From: Verrucomicrobiales bacterium
GTDB taxonomy: Bacteria > Verrucomicrobiota > Verrucomicrobiia > Verrucomicrobiales > V1-33
Assembly: GCA_031411295.1 (NCBI GenBank)
Contig: JANOAV010000191.1
Coordinates: forward strand, 1-27,923
Direction of reading: 5' to 3'
DNA: 27,923 nt
Shown here: piece by piece, positions 1 to 9,407 of the stretch
Position numbering within the stretch: position 1 is the first letter of the stretch
How the letters are laid out: each line of letters begins with the position of its first letter
The notes under the pieces: model-generated
Database searches by the model: none
Told to the model about the DNA's origin: nothing
Seen by the model: only the letters and a program-made list of their open reading frames with translations
Made by a program: the position numbers and the translations under genes

Positions 1-236
1 GGAAAAGAATGCGGGAAGCGGCAGGGAGTTATGGGGCATCCGCCCAATCCATCAGAAGCTGGCAGGGCGCCATGGGAAATTACAGAATTCCAGATATTTT
101 TGAATCCTTAAAGGCATTGGCTTTTAAGCGGTGCATCACGCCAAGCTCACGCGGCAAAACGGCTCTGCCTGTTCCTCCGCCTAAAGCGCGGGACTCCAAC
201 GCAGGTTCCCCATTTGTCAGACCGCACAGACCTACC

Positions 237-1589
237 TCAAGATTTCTTTTTATCCTGTTTCCGCTCCGCTTTGGCTTCCTTATTCTGTCCGGGCACCTTC
301 ACTGGGTTCATAAATTTACCCAAAGCCTCTGCGTTCAAACCGCTGGTGGGAAGCCATTCCATGGCCATGGTTGGGTTCTGCTTGAAATAATTTTTGGCTA
401 CTTCTTGGAGTGCCTTCTGTTTGGCCTCAGGTTCCGCAATGACATTGGCCCAAGCGATGGCGGCATTCACATCTTCACGGGCTACTTCACGAACGATGGC
501 TGCCGCACCTGCGTCGCGATTCGGGCCGGGCGGCAAATTTCTAACGTATTCACTGGCGGCCAGACTGTCCTTGCCTTTGTTCTTTTCCATCCAGCCTTCG
601 ATCACCTCGCGAAATGCCTTCTCCTGCGTGCCGACGGGCAATCCTTGGGCGAATTCCAATCCCTTCGTGATATCTTGTTTGCTCAACTCGGAGGCGATAT
701 CGCCCGCTGCAGCCTTGGTGTAGGCTTCACCCGAGTGCTCGCGCAGCAGTGCCACTGCCTTATCGAGATTTCCAGTGGCCAACGCTTGGTCTGTTAGGGA
801 TGTGAACGCGCCCCGTTTCATTTCCGGATCCGTTAAGGACTTCATCCAAGCTTCGGCGGCCGCGGTCCCGCCGGAACGCAAAATTTCATCGAAGATGGAT
901 CGGGCCGCCTGATGCTTATCTTTGGGGTTTTCCAAGGAGGCGGCATAGGTCGAAGCCATGTTAGAATCGGAGCGCGCCAGACTGGAAATGAGCGACATTT
1001 GGAGCAGGTTCTTATCGGGAGATTTGACGCCTTCCAACCATTTGATCGCCTCCTCCGGGGACTTGCTGGCCCAGCCCGCCAGCACCGCAGCGGTGCCTGA
1101 TTTGGCGGAGGCTCCGTGTTCCGTGAGTTCCTTCATCGCCCGTTCCGGATCCAGCGTTCCCCAGCGGTGCGCCAGCATTCGCAAATATTCCTGCTGTTCC
1201 GGGCCGCGTAAGTTGGCCCGGAGCATCGCATAGATCTCCGGAGCATATTCAGGCGATAACTCTTCCATGAGCCGGGCGAACAGAAAATGGCTGCGCACCG
1301 GATCCGCCTCCCGCAAGGCTTCCTCCACCGCTATGACGAGCTTTTCCGGTGGCATGGGGCCAGTGCCATTGAGCCCGTGATCCTTGAGAAACGCTGTGAT
1401 TGCTGCATCGCTCGAAAACACTGGACCGGCGGCGGGAGGACTTGGCTTGGGCTCTTCCACCGAAGCCGTGACCGGAATTTTCTGAGTGCTCTCGTTGGCT
1501 GCCGCCGCTGGCTGAGCATAACGCCCCAGCACAAACCCTCCCAAGGTAAGGGTGGCTGCGATCAGAGTTGTAAGGAGAGAAACTTTCAT
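237..1589 (-). CDS. Membrane-anchored/secreted alpha-helical repeat protein (W-x3-DP-x2-A-x2-W repeats), ~450 aa; paralog of 19635..21029
   Basis: Long ORF. Start moved to ATG 1589, which gives a hydrophobic N-terminus (MKVSLLTTLIAATLTLGGFVLG). Repeats include WGTLDPERAM, WASKSPEEAIKWL and LPPGPNRDAGAA. Shares LTDPEMK(R/K)GAF with 19635..21029. Confidence 0.8.
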   Translation of the reverse strand: MKVSLLTTLIAATLTLGGFVLGRYAQPAAAANESTQKIPVTASVEEPKPSPPAAGPVFSSDAAITAFLKDHGLNGTGPMPPEKLVIAVEEALREADPVRSHFLFARLMEELSPEYAPEIYAMLRANLRGPEQQEYLRMLAHRWGTLDPERAMKELTEHGASAKSGTAAVLAGWASKSPEEAIKWLEGVKSPDKNLLQMSLISSLARSDSNMASTYAASLENPKDKHQAARSIFDEILRSGGTAAAEAWMKSLTDPEMKRGAFTSLTDQALATGNLDKAVALLREHSGEAYTKAAAGDIASELSKQDITKGLEFAQGLPVGTQEKAFREVIEGWMEKNKGKDSLAASEYVRNLPPGPNRDAGAAAIVREVAREDVNAAIAWANVIAEPEAKQKALQEVAKNYFKQNPTMAMEWLPTSGLNAEALGKFMNPVKVPGQNKEAKAERKQDKKKS

Positions 1590-1789
1590 GAACAAGATAA
1601 CAACGCCAAAGCCAGGGATTGGGACCACCGATTGCGACCAGTAATCCCTCGTGGCATCAAGGGTTAAGCAAAACTCTGCCGCATGAACATGCATTTCAAG
1701 TTGAACTCCGCGCAGAACGCGTTAAAGGAGGTGCCACGGGAACGCGCGCCAGCCGTCCCTAGCAAGATTTTCATTTTACCAAAGCAAAC

Positions 1790-1974
<185 letters not shown>

Positions 1975-2023
1975 GCTTGCGAGTTTATTCAACCGTCCGT
2001 TCTCTTATCTACTGATTCCTTTC

Positions 2024-2311
2024 ATGAAAATGTTCTACGTGTATCTCCTGCGCAGTCAATCCGATCCAACCCAAGTTTACACGGGATTCACCGAAGATTT
2101 GCGGCAGCGATTCAAGGAGCATAATGACGGGAAATCGACCCACACTGCGAAGTATCGACCTTGGGTATTGGAGACCTACGTGGCGTTTTCCGTGCGGACT
2201 CAAGCGCTGGCCTTTGAGCGCTACCTGAAAACAGCCTCGGGTATTGCATTTTCAAGAAAGCGGCTTCGCCCAGGTCCGCAGAGCGTCGAGGGTGGTGATG
2301 GCAATCAGTAA
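2024..2311 (+). CDS. Small stand-alone GIY-YIG nuclease family protein (~95 aa)
   Basis: FYVYLL...VYTG (GIY-YIG variants), DLRQRFKEHN (catalytic Arg region), TAKYRPW, ALAFERYLK (metal-binding Glu). Start is ATG 2024 or 2030. Confidence 0.9.
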   Translation: MKMFYVYLLRSQSDPTQVYTGFTEDLRQRFKEHNDGKSTHTAKYRPWVLETYVAFSVRTQALAFERYLKTASGIAFSRKRLRPGPQSVEGGDGNQ

Positions 2312-2348
2312 GCTTTCGGAAGCGGTCCGGTCCCTGCGGGCTGAAGCA

Positions 2349-3740
2349 TTAGATCCGATACAGGTCCGCCAAGGAATGCCATTTCTCATGCGGTTGGGCG
2401 TTGGGATTCTTGATGGGGAGACGGGTGAAATAACGATGGCCGAGGCTGGCTTGGCGGGCGTTGGGGTAGGCGCTGGCGCGGGGTTCGAGTTCTTTGCGGA
2501 GACTGCTGGCGGAACTGGTGGCGGTCCATTTGCATTCCCCCAAGTCGGTCCAGCCGTCATCGCGCAGGCCAACGACATCGATCTGGTGCTGCTGATCCCA
2601 GTATTCGCCAATTTCGAAATTCGCCCGCACGCCTTCCTGGGCATACAGCGTGGCCAGGGCCTCCCGGCAGAGGCGCTCGAAACAGTGGCCGAAGTAGGAG
2701 TCCAACTGCGGCTTCACAATTTCCTGCACGGCTTGCGCTGGGGTGCTGCGGGCGATGCGGCTGAGGTTGGGAAAGACGAAGCGGAACCAGAATCGGAGCA
2801 ACGGATCTTCCATTGACCACCGGACTTTGCGGGCCATGGGGGCGGCTCCGGTCAGCGGGTAGCGTTTCGAAATATAGCCTAATTCCAAGAGGGTGGAGAG
2901 ATAGAATTGCAAGGCGCGATCCCCGATGCCGGAGGCGGTGGAGATTTCTGCGTTGGTGGTCTTGCCAGCGGCCAGTGCCATCAAGATGGAATGGTAGTTG
3001 GAAAGTTCCCGGAGTTCTTCCCGCAGCAGGAAGTCCGGCTCCCGGAAGAGCACGCCCATTTCATCAAACAAGGTGGCTGCAATGTTCTGCTCCACGGAAC
3101 GGGCGGGGGAAAACGCCTTCAGATAGTAAGGCATGCCGCCGCAGATGAAGTAAGTGCGAGCCTGATCCGGGATGGCATAGCGTGGATGAAACAGGGCCGC
3201 TTCCTGGTAGCCAAACGGCCGCAGGAGCAACTGTGCGGTGCGGCGGCCAAAGAGCGGGCTCTTTTTTCCCAGGACTTCACGTTCCATGAAACCAAGATAG
3301 GATCCGCAGAGAATGAGCATGATGTTCCCCTTCCGCCACCGCCGATCCCAGGCTTCCTGCAGAATGGAGGGTAATTCCGGGCTGCTCTCACACATCCACT
3401 GGAATTCATCCAACGCTAGGATGAGCTTCTGCGGTCCCTTCCAGCGTTCTTCCACCAGCTTGAATGCCGCTGACCAGGTGGTGATGGGCTGGGTGGCCAG
3501 CAGTGGCTCCCGCAGGGCGGTGGCCGCAGTTTCCAGGAACTCCCGGATCTGTAATTCCGCCGGAGCACGTTTGCCCATGAAGTAAATGGATCCGGGTTTG
3601 CCCTTTTGGAAATGCACAATCATTTCGCTCTTGCCGACCCGACGTCGGCCATAGATCGGCAGCATCGAACCGCCCGACGCGCGCCAGGCCGCGTCCAGCA
3701 TCGCAAGTTCTTTGGCCCTGCCTAAAAAGTCACTCTCCAT
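2349..3740 (-). CDS. Archaeal-type AAA+ ATPase with winged HTH, DUF234-like region and C-terminal PD-(D/E)xK-like domain, 463 aa
   Basis: N-terminal FLGRAKEL, Walker A YGRRRVGKS, Walker B LALDEFQW, ILCGS, SPLFGRRT, DPLLRFWFRFV, and C-terminal QIDVV...GECKW. Confidence 0.85.
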   Translation of the reverse strand: MESDFLGRAKELAMLDAAWRASGGSMLPIYGRRRVGKSEMIVHFQKGKPGSIYFMGKRAPAELQIREFLETAATALREPLLATQPITTWSAAFKLVEERWKGPQKLILALDEFQWMCESSPELPSILQEAWDRRWRKGNIMLILCGSYLGFMEREVLGKKSPLFGRRTAQLLLRPFGYQEAALFHPRYAIPDQARTYFICGGMPYYLKAFSPARSVEQNIAATLFDEMGVLFREPDFLLREELRELSNYHSILMALAAGKTTNAEISTASGIGDRALQFYLSTLLELGYISKRYPLTGAAPMARKVRWSMEDPLLRFWFRFVFPNLSRIARSTPAQAVQEIVKPQLDSYFGHCFERLCREALATLYAQEGVRANFEIGEYWDQQHQIDVVGLRDDGWTDLGECKWTATSSASSLRKELEPRASAYPNARQASLGHRYFTRLPIKNPNAQPHEKWHSLADLYRI

Positions 3741-3749
3741 GATGCGGAA

Positions 3750-3778
3750 ATGCTAACGAGACATGCACGACTTGTCAA
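3750..3778 (-). promoter_or_regulatory. Sigma70-type promoter of the ATPase gene
   Basis: On the minus strand: TTGACA (3778-3773), 17-nt spacer, TAGCAT (3755-3750), then 9 nt to the ATG at 3740. Confidence 0.7.
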
Positions 3779-3889
3779 GTTGCGACTTTACCAAATGGGG
3801 GCGATTGGGTTGGCCAGTCCCATGGGTCAATTCATCAAGTCGCATTAAATGAAACTACGACTTGTCAAGTCACGACTTTACCAAAGGGG
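3767..3889. repeat. 33-bp direct repeat (2 copies, 90-bp period) with internal palindromes; operator-like
   Basis: ACGACTTGTCAAGT(TG/CA)CGACTTTACCAAA(T/G)GGG at 3767-3799 and 3857-3889, 30/33 identical. Contains the ACTTG-T-CAAGT palindrome. Confidence 0.85.
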
Positions 3890-3898
3890 AGGGGGCCC

Positions 3899-3927
3899 GA
3901 TTCGTTGGATTGATTCGCTGGATTGAT
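3899..3927. repeat. 13-bp tandem repeat (2 copies plus a partial third)
   Basis: GATTCGTTGGATT (3899-3911), GATTCGCTGGATT (3912-3924), then GAT. Confidence 0.6.
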
Positions 3928-3980
3928 CCACCTTCGCTAAACAACTGGCATCCCCAGTGCGGAGCCCTCCGCAAAGCTGG

Positions 3981-4059
3981 GTGGACCGCACAGTCCTCTG
4001 TGCGGCGCGATGGAAGCGCTCTATTTATGTTGCACCGCACAGAGGACTGTGCGGTCCAC
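3981..4059. repeat. REP doublet (REPIN-like): two inverted GTGG-tagged hairpins
   Basis: 3981-4008 and 4032-4059 are reverse complements at 27/28 positions. Each unit is GTGGA followed by the hairpin CCGCACAG-TCCT-CTGTGCGG. Abuts the ileS stop codon. Confidence 0.8.
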
Positions 4060-6795
4060 TTAACTCAGCACACTGGCACATCGCTCGCAGAGCGTGGGAT
4101 GTGCGGGGGACTGGCCGACGCTGGGGAGGTGCTTCCAGCAGCGTTCGCACTTGGCGGCGGTGGTTTTCTTGATGGTTACCTTGGTGGCATCCGTGGCGCT
4201 TTGGACCAGTTGGAAATCGCTGAGGATGAAGAACTCCACCATTTCCGCATGCGGCGGAAGTTTGGTGGCGGTGTTCACTTCGAGCGTGAGATCCGCCTCC
4301 AGATTGGAACCGATGACTTTTTCCTGACGCGCTTTTTCCACTTCCTGCTGCACGGCACTGCGGAGTTTCAGCAACTCTTCGACTGCCAGCGTGGCTTCGT
4401 TGCCAGCGAAGGCTGGATCGGCGGCGGGGAATTGTTCCAAATGCACGGCGGTCTTGTGGCCGAGGTGCTCCCAGGCTTCATCCGCGGTGAATGCCAGGAT
4501 GGGGGCGGCCAGTTGGCAGAGGCTGGTTAGCACTTGATGCATGGCCGTCTGCGCGCTGCGACGACGCGGGGAATTCACGGCATCGCAATACATTCTGTCC
4601 TTCGTGATGTCCACGTAGAGCGCGGAGAGATCCACGGCACAGAATTGATTCAGCGTGTCATACACCTTGCGGAAATCCAGCGCAGCGTAAGCCGTCACAC
4701 ACTCCGTGGTCACGCCATGGAGGCGCTCCAGCATCCAACGGTCCAGCAATGTTAGTTCAGCCGCAGGCACAGCATCCTTGCTGGCATCGAAGTCGCAAAG
4801 ATTCCCCAGCAGAATGCGGAAGGTATTGCGGATGCGACGATACGTCTCCGCCACTTTCTTAAACAGATCTTCACTGAATGGCACATCATTGCGATAATCC
4901 ACGCTGCTGACCCACAAGCGCACGATGTCCGCTCCGAAGGTATTGTAGTAATGCTCGGCGTTGATCGGCTTGTCGCCACTCTTGGAAATTTTGTTGCCTG
5001 TAGTGTCGGTAACGAAACCATGCGTGAGGACTTTCTTATAGGGAGCCTTGTCACGATGGATCACGCTGCACATGAGCGAACTCTGGAACCAGCCACGGTG
5101 TTGGTCGGTAGCCTCGATGTAGAGATCCGCCACGCCACCATTTCCCAACGCAGGATGGGCTTCCGTCACAGCAATGGAACTGCAACCGGAGTCGATCCAG
5201 ACGTCCAGGGTGTCCTTGCCTTTCTTGCTCCCGACAGGCAAACCAAGCTCTGCAGCCAGGGCTTCGTCGCTCTGGGCGAACCAATAGTTCGTGCCGTGGG
5301 TCGCGATGAGATCGGCCACTTTGCGCGCTAGCGCGGCATCCAGAATGACGTCGCCATCAGGAGTGTAGAACACCGGCAGCGGCACGCCCCAAGTGCGTTG
5401 GCGACTGATGCACCAGTCCGGGCGGCTTTCCACGGTGCCATAGATACGATTCCGGCCCCAGTGCGGCAGCCATTCGACTTTGTCGATTTCGGCTAGCGCG
5501 GTGGCGCGGATGTCGTCGATGCGGAGGAAGAATTGTTCCAACGAACGATAAATGATCGGTGTCTTAGATCGCCAGCAGTGCGGGTAATCATGCAGGTGCG
5601 CTTCTTCGCCTAGCAAGTTTCCTTGCTCCGTGAGGATCTCGATGATGCGTTTGTTACCGGTGAAGACATGCACTCCCACGAGTTCCGGCACCTCGGCTTC
5701 GGCGGTAAATTTACCGGCATCATCCACAGGAGAAATGAGTCCCAGGCCATTTTCCCGACCTGCGATATAATCTTCCATGCCGTGACCAGGCGCGATATGG
5801 ACTTGGCCGGTGCCGGTATCTGCGGTCACGAACGTTCCGGGGATGACTTTGCTCGTGCGTTTAAGGAACGGATGCTGGGCCTCTTGGCCCACCAAGGTGT
5901 CGCCTAGCACTAACGTGTCGGAGCCAGCATCCAGCGCATAGCCAGTCTTGGCCGTGAAGGCTTCCACCAACGGCTTGGCGACAACTAGTTTATGCGTCGT
6001 GCCGTCCTTGGTGAAATTTCCCACCACGTATTCGAACTTCGGATGCACTGCGATGCCCAAGTTGGCTGGCAGCGTCCACGGGGTGGTGGTCCAGATCACG
6101 AACGAGTAATCATTCCCTAACGCAGGAAATTTCACGAACACCGAGGGCGAAGTCTTCTGTTTATACTCCACTTCCGCCTCAGCCAGAGCGGTGCCCGCAC
6201 CGTAGCTCCAGAGCACCGGGCGCTTACTGCGATAGACTAGCTTCTTATCGATGGCGGTGGCGAAGAACCGGATGATGGTGGCCTCGTAGCTGGAGCTAAG
6301 CGTTAGGTAGGGGTTCTCCCAATCAGCAAACACGCCGAGCCGCTTGAATGATTTGCGTTGGGTGTCGATCCAACCCCGGGCAAAGGCTTCCGAGCGCGTG
6401 CGGATTTCTACGGGTGTCAGGCCTTCGGCGGAGCGCACGACCTTGAATTCGATGGGGAGGCCATGGCAATCCCAGCCGGGGACGAATGGCGTCTCGAAGC
6501 CCGCCATGGTCTTGGATTTCAGCACGAGATCCTTGAGCAACTTGTTGAGGGCCGTGCCCATGTGGACATCGCCATTGGCAAACGGCGGGCCGTCATGGAG
6601 GAGAAATTTCGGGGACTTGGCGGCCAGGCGCTGATCCTGAATCTGGCGATAGAGCTTGGCGTCCTCCCACTGTCGCAAGCGCACAGGCTCCCGCAGCACC
6701 AGATCGGCCTTCATGGGAAAGTCCGTGCGGGGCAGGTTGACCGTGTCTTTGTAACGGCTGGCTTCTTTTTTCTCTTTTTTGGGTTCGTTGCTCAT
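4060..6795 (-). CDS. ileS: Isoleucine--tRNA ligase (type 1, C-terminal zinc finger), ~911 aa
   Basis: LHDGPPFANGDVHMGT, GWDCHGLP, IWTTTPWTLPAN, GTGQVHIAPGHG, DWCISRQRTWGVP, DQHRGWFQSS, KISKS, CERCW...LCERC. Start moved to ATG 6795 (MSNEPKK...YKDTVNLPRTDFPMKA). Confidence 0.97.
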   Translation of the reverse strand: MSNEPKKEKKEASRYKDTVNLPRTDFPMKADLVLREPVRLRQWEDAKLYRQIQDQRLAAKSPKFLLHDGPPFANGDVHMGTALNKLLKDLVLKSKTMAGFETPFVPGWDCHGLPIEFKVVRSAEGLTPVEIRTRSEAFARGWIDTQRKSFKRLGVFADWENPYLTLSSSYEATIIRFFATAIDKKLVYRSKRPVLWSYGAGTALAEAEVEYKQKTSPSVFVKFPALGNDYSFVIWTTTPWTLPANLGIAVHPKFEYVVGNFTKDGTTHKLVVAKPLVEAFTAKTGYALDAGSDTLVLGDTLVGQEAQHPFLKRTSKVIPGTFVTADTGTGQVHIAPGHGMEDYIAGRENGLGLISPVDDAGKFTAEAEVPELVGVHVFTGNKRIIEILTEQGNLLGEEAHLHDYPHCWRSKTPIIYRSLEQFFLRIDDIRATALAEIDKVEWLPHWGRNRIYGTVESRPDWCISRQRTWGVPLPVFYTPDGDVILDAALARKVADLIATHGTNYWFAQSDEALAAELGLPVGSKKGKDTLDVWIDSGCSSIAVTEAHPALGNGGVADLYIEATDQHRGWFQSSLMCSVIHRDKAPYKKVLTHGFVTDTTGNKISKSGDKPINAEHYYNTFGADIVRLWVSSVDYRNDVPFSEDLFKKVAETYRRIRNTFRILLGNLCDFDASKDAVPAAELTLLDRWMLERLHGVTTECVTAYAALDFRKVYDTLNQFCAVDLSALYVDITKDRMYCDAVNSPRRRSAQTAMHQVLTSLCQLAAPILAFTADEAWEHLGHKTAVHLEQFPAADPAFAGNEATLAVEELLKLRSAVQQEVEKARQEKVIGSNLEADLTLEVNTATKLPPHAEMVEFFILSDFQLVQSATDATKVTIKKTTAAKCERCWKHLPSVGQSPAHPTLCERCASVLS

Positions 6796-6937
6796 GGCCT
6801 TGAAAATGGATTGGGGGATGGGGAGCCCGGAGGATACACGGGTTGGCTTTGGGGTCAAATGATGGTGCGGGAACAAACAGGAAGGGCGCGACCTCAACAG
6901 CCGCGCCCTTCGAGTGAAATTAGGAAATGATGGTCGC

Positions 6938-9232
6938 TTATTTCTTTGCGGTGCGGGCTTGGCGATTGAGCTCGATCAGGTCCTTCATAATATTGACGGT
7001 CTCGGCACGCACCGGTTCCATGTCGTGTGGGAAATCGTCTTTGTCATCCGAGCCATCATCGTCGTCGTCTTTCTCCGTAATCATGCCGGCCTTGTCGTCA
7101 ATCTTGGCCTTTTCGAGGGTCGTGAGTCCTTCAGCGTCAGCGTTTTCCAAGGTCAGGCGATATACCGTGAACGGGTCACCGTTCTTGGAGGCCGTGGCGA
7201 CACGGGTCTTGCGGTCCTCGGAACGGGCCTTGTTGCGTTGTTTGTTTTTCTGGATTTCGTCGAGTCGCTCTTTCTCATTGAGGCTGAGGGTGTTTTTGGC
7301 CACTTGATCCTTCAAGCGAGCGATGTCGTCTTTGACGTATTGGAACTCAGGGTCCTTCTCCAGGCGCTGATCCATCCGGCTGCGCAATTCGTTGGCTGGA
7401 AGCGGGGCGGTTTCGGCCAGATCGTAGTCCAGTTTGCGAATGGTGTCATAGGGGAGGGGACCTTTGAGGGATTCTTCACCGATTTCCAGGGCGTCGTAGC
7501 GGCTCGGCAGGATCAGATCAGGCACGACTCCTTTGAGCTGAGTGGAACCACCAGCAATGCGGTAGAATTTCTGGATTGTGACTTTCAAGCTGCCTGCGCG
7601 GGTGCTCTTGCTGATGTTTGGCATGTAGCGGCCGACATCGAGGATCGTCTGGACGGTGCCTTTACCGAAGGTTGATTTATCACCGACGACTACGGCACGA
7701 CCATGGTCTTGCAAGGCGGCTGCAAAAATCTCGCTAGCGGAGGCGCTGGTGCGGTCCGTGAGCACGCAGAGAGGGCCGGTATACATGGGTTCCGGAGATT
7801 TTGAGTAACGCGATTCGACCGCGCCATTCCAGCTCTTTTGCTGGACCACCGGGCCTTTTTTAATAAATAGTCCAGTTAGGGAAATCGCCTCGTCCAGCGA
7901 GCCGCCACCGTTGCCGCGGAGGTCGATGACCAAGCCGCTGATGTTTTCCTTCATGAGGCGGGTAAGCAGTTTCTTTACATCCTTGGTGAGGCTTACGGTG
8001 TGGTGTTCCATGTCGGCATAGAAGGAATCAATGGTGAGCCAGCCGATGCGGTTGGGTTCGCCCTTGGCGTCCTTACTTTCGATGAGATCTGCCTTGGCGA
8101 GGCTTTCCTTGAGTTCGACCTTGGCGCGCTTGAGCACGACTTCCTTAAACGTGGTCGGATCAGAAGCGGGAATGACTTTCAAACGCACGGTGCTGCCCTC
8201 GTCGCCACGGACGCGCTCGACCACCTTGTTAAGTTTCATGCCTTCCACGTCCTCCATTTCCCCGTTGGTGCCTTGGGCCACTCCGACGATACGGTCATGG
8301 ATTTTGAGTTGCCCGCTGAGGTGGGCAGGGGCTCCAGCTACCAAGCGATCCACTTCGGCGGCTCCATCTTTCATGGAAAGCACGGCTCCAATGCCTTGGA
8401 GGCGCTTGTTCATTTCGATATCGAATTGATCTTTTTCCGGGGCGCTGAAATATTCAGAATGGGGATCGTAGGCTTGGCTCAGGGCGGAGAGGAAGAAATT
8501 GGTGACATCTTCTTCGTCGTTCTCGTTCATGCTATCGAGCAAACGCTTGTAGCGCTTGAGGACCTTAACCTCGGGAGAATCTTCCGGTTTGGGATTGGCG
8601 GAGACCTTGGGTGCGGAGGCGGGATCAGCCTTCTTTTCTTCCGGTCTCTCCGCTTTTTCAGCTTTTTCCTTTTTCTTTTCCTCAGCCAAGGTTCGACGCA
8701 GGCGCTCGCCCAGCACTTCGTTGGTCACTCGGGCTGTCCAGATGGCGTCAGCCTCTGCGGTGGTGGCTGAATAGGCTGCGTCCTTGCGGTTGATGTGCGT
8801 GGTGCCCGTGCCAGAGAATTCCAATTTTCCTGATTCCAGAAGTGCCTTCACTTTTTCGAACCGTGCCTTAACGTGCTGGGAATAGACCTTGTAGATCTCG
8901 TGCGCTGGCGTGAGATCATTTGTGAAGACGTAATCGTCGAGCTTGGTCCCATACTTGGCCGTAAAGGCATCTACCTCGTCCTTGAGGAAATACATTTTGT
9001 CGTAATCAAGATACTCCAGATAGCCCTTCAAAGCCTTGCGGGACATATCGTCGTCGAAGTCGTGCTTGGAATAGTGCTGCTCCTGGAGGAGGTGCGTGAC
9101 CCAGGCTGCGACCTGGCCATAGTCAGTCTCGGCACGCTTTGGCGTGGCGGGGTCTGCCAGCGAACAGGCGGCTAGAGTGAGCGAGATCGCTGAGGTTAAC
9201 AGCGAAAGAAAGCGGGGGGCGGGGGTCTTCAT
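6938..9232 (-). CDS. prc: Carboxy-terminal processing (tail-specific) protease, S41 family with PDZ domain, ~764 aa; possible lipoprotein
   Basis: DPHSEYF, LQGIGAVL (PDZ), DLRGNGGGSL, SASASEIFAAALQD (catalytic Ser), TFGKGTVQ (Lys), KFYRIAGGSTQLKGVVPD. Signal peptide with LAAC lipobox-like motif. Confidence 0.92.
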   Translation of the reverse strand: MKTPAPRFLSLLTSAISLTLAACSLADPATPKRAETDYGQVAAWVTHLLQEQHYSKHDFDDDMSRKALKGYLEYLDYDKMYFLKDEVDAFTAKYGTKLDDYVFTNDLTPAHEIYKVYSQHVKARFEKVKALLESGKLEFSGTGTTHINRKDAAYSATTAEADAIWTARVTNEVLGERLRRTLAEEKKKEKAEKAERPEEKKADPASAPKVSANPKPEDSPEVKVLKRYKRLLDSMNENDEEDVTNFFLSALSQAYDPHSEYFSAPEKDQFDIEMNKRLQGIGAVLSMKDGAAEVDRLVAGAPAHLSGQLKIHDRIVGVAQGTNGEMEDVEGMKLNKVVERVRGDEGSTVRLKVIPASDPTTFKEVVLKRAKVELKESLAKADLIESKDAKGEPNRIGWLTIDSFYADMEHHTVSLTKDVKKLLTRLMKENISGLVIDLRGNGGGSLDEAISLTGLFIKKGPVVQQKSWNGAVESRYSKSPEPMYTGPLCVLTDRTSASASEIFAAALQDHGRAVVVGDKSTFGKGTVQTILDVGRYMPNISKSTRAGSLKVTIQKFYRIAGGSTQLKGVVPDLILPSRYDALEIGEESLKGPLPYDTIRKLDYDLAETAPLPANELRSRMDQRLEKDPEFQYVKDDIARLKDQVAKNTLSLNEKERLDEIQKNKQRNKARSEDRKTRVATASKNGDPFTVYRLTLENADAEGLTTLEKAKIDDKAGMITEKDDDDDGSDDKDDFPHDMEPVRAETVNIMKDLIELNRQARTAKK

Positions 9233-9407
9233 TTCCTCAATTATCAAACAGATTTTCCTGCAAAGCGAGACGAGATGGGCTTCATTCGATCAACCACAGT
9301 GATTAACCGAGCGGAGCCGCAAATTCCCTTCGCAGTTGGTCAAATCTCCGCTATTCAGCGCAATTGTCCATTACACTTTTTTTGATTCGCATCCCTGTAA
9401 TTCCCCT

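Noticed and set aside
1..39. Possible minus-strand gene start (MPHNSLPLPAFFS) running off the left edge
   Set aside because: Only 13 codons are visible, so it cannot be supported.
220..233. GACCGCACAGACCT, a 13/14 match to the REP arm at 3984-3997, just past the stop of 237..1589
   Set aside because: It has no GTGG tag and no complementary arm. It could be a decayed REP or chance.
3767..3889. 33-bp repeats as a possible mini-CRISPR
   Set aside because: Only two copies with a 57-bp gap, similarity extends into the gap, the repeat overlaps a promoter, and no cas genes are present.
3931..3978. CCTTCGCT (complement of 1926-1933) and GCCCTCCG (same as 1908-1915) as a possible right end of the tRNA-linked element
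   Set aside because: Two 8-bp matches in GC-rich DNA are not significant without comparative data.
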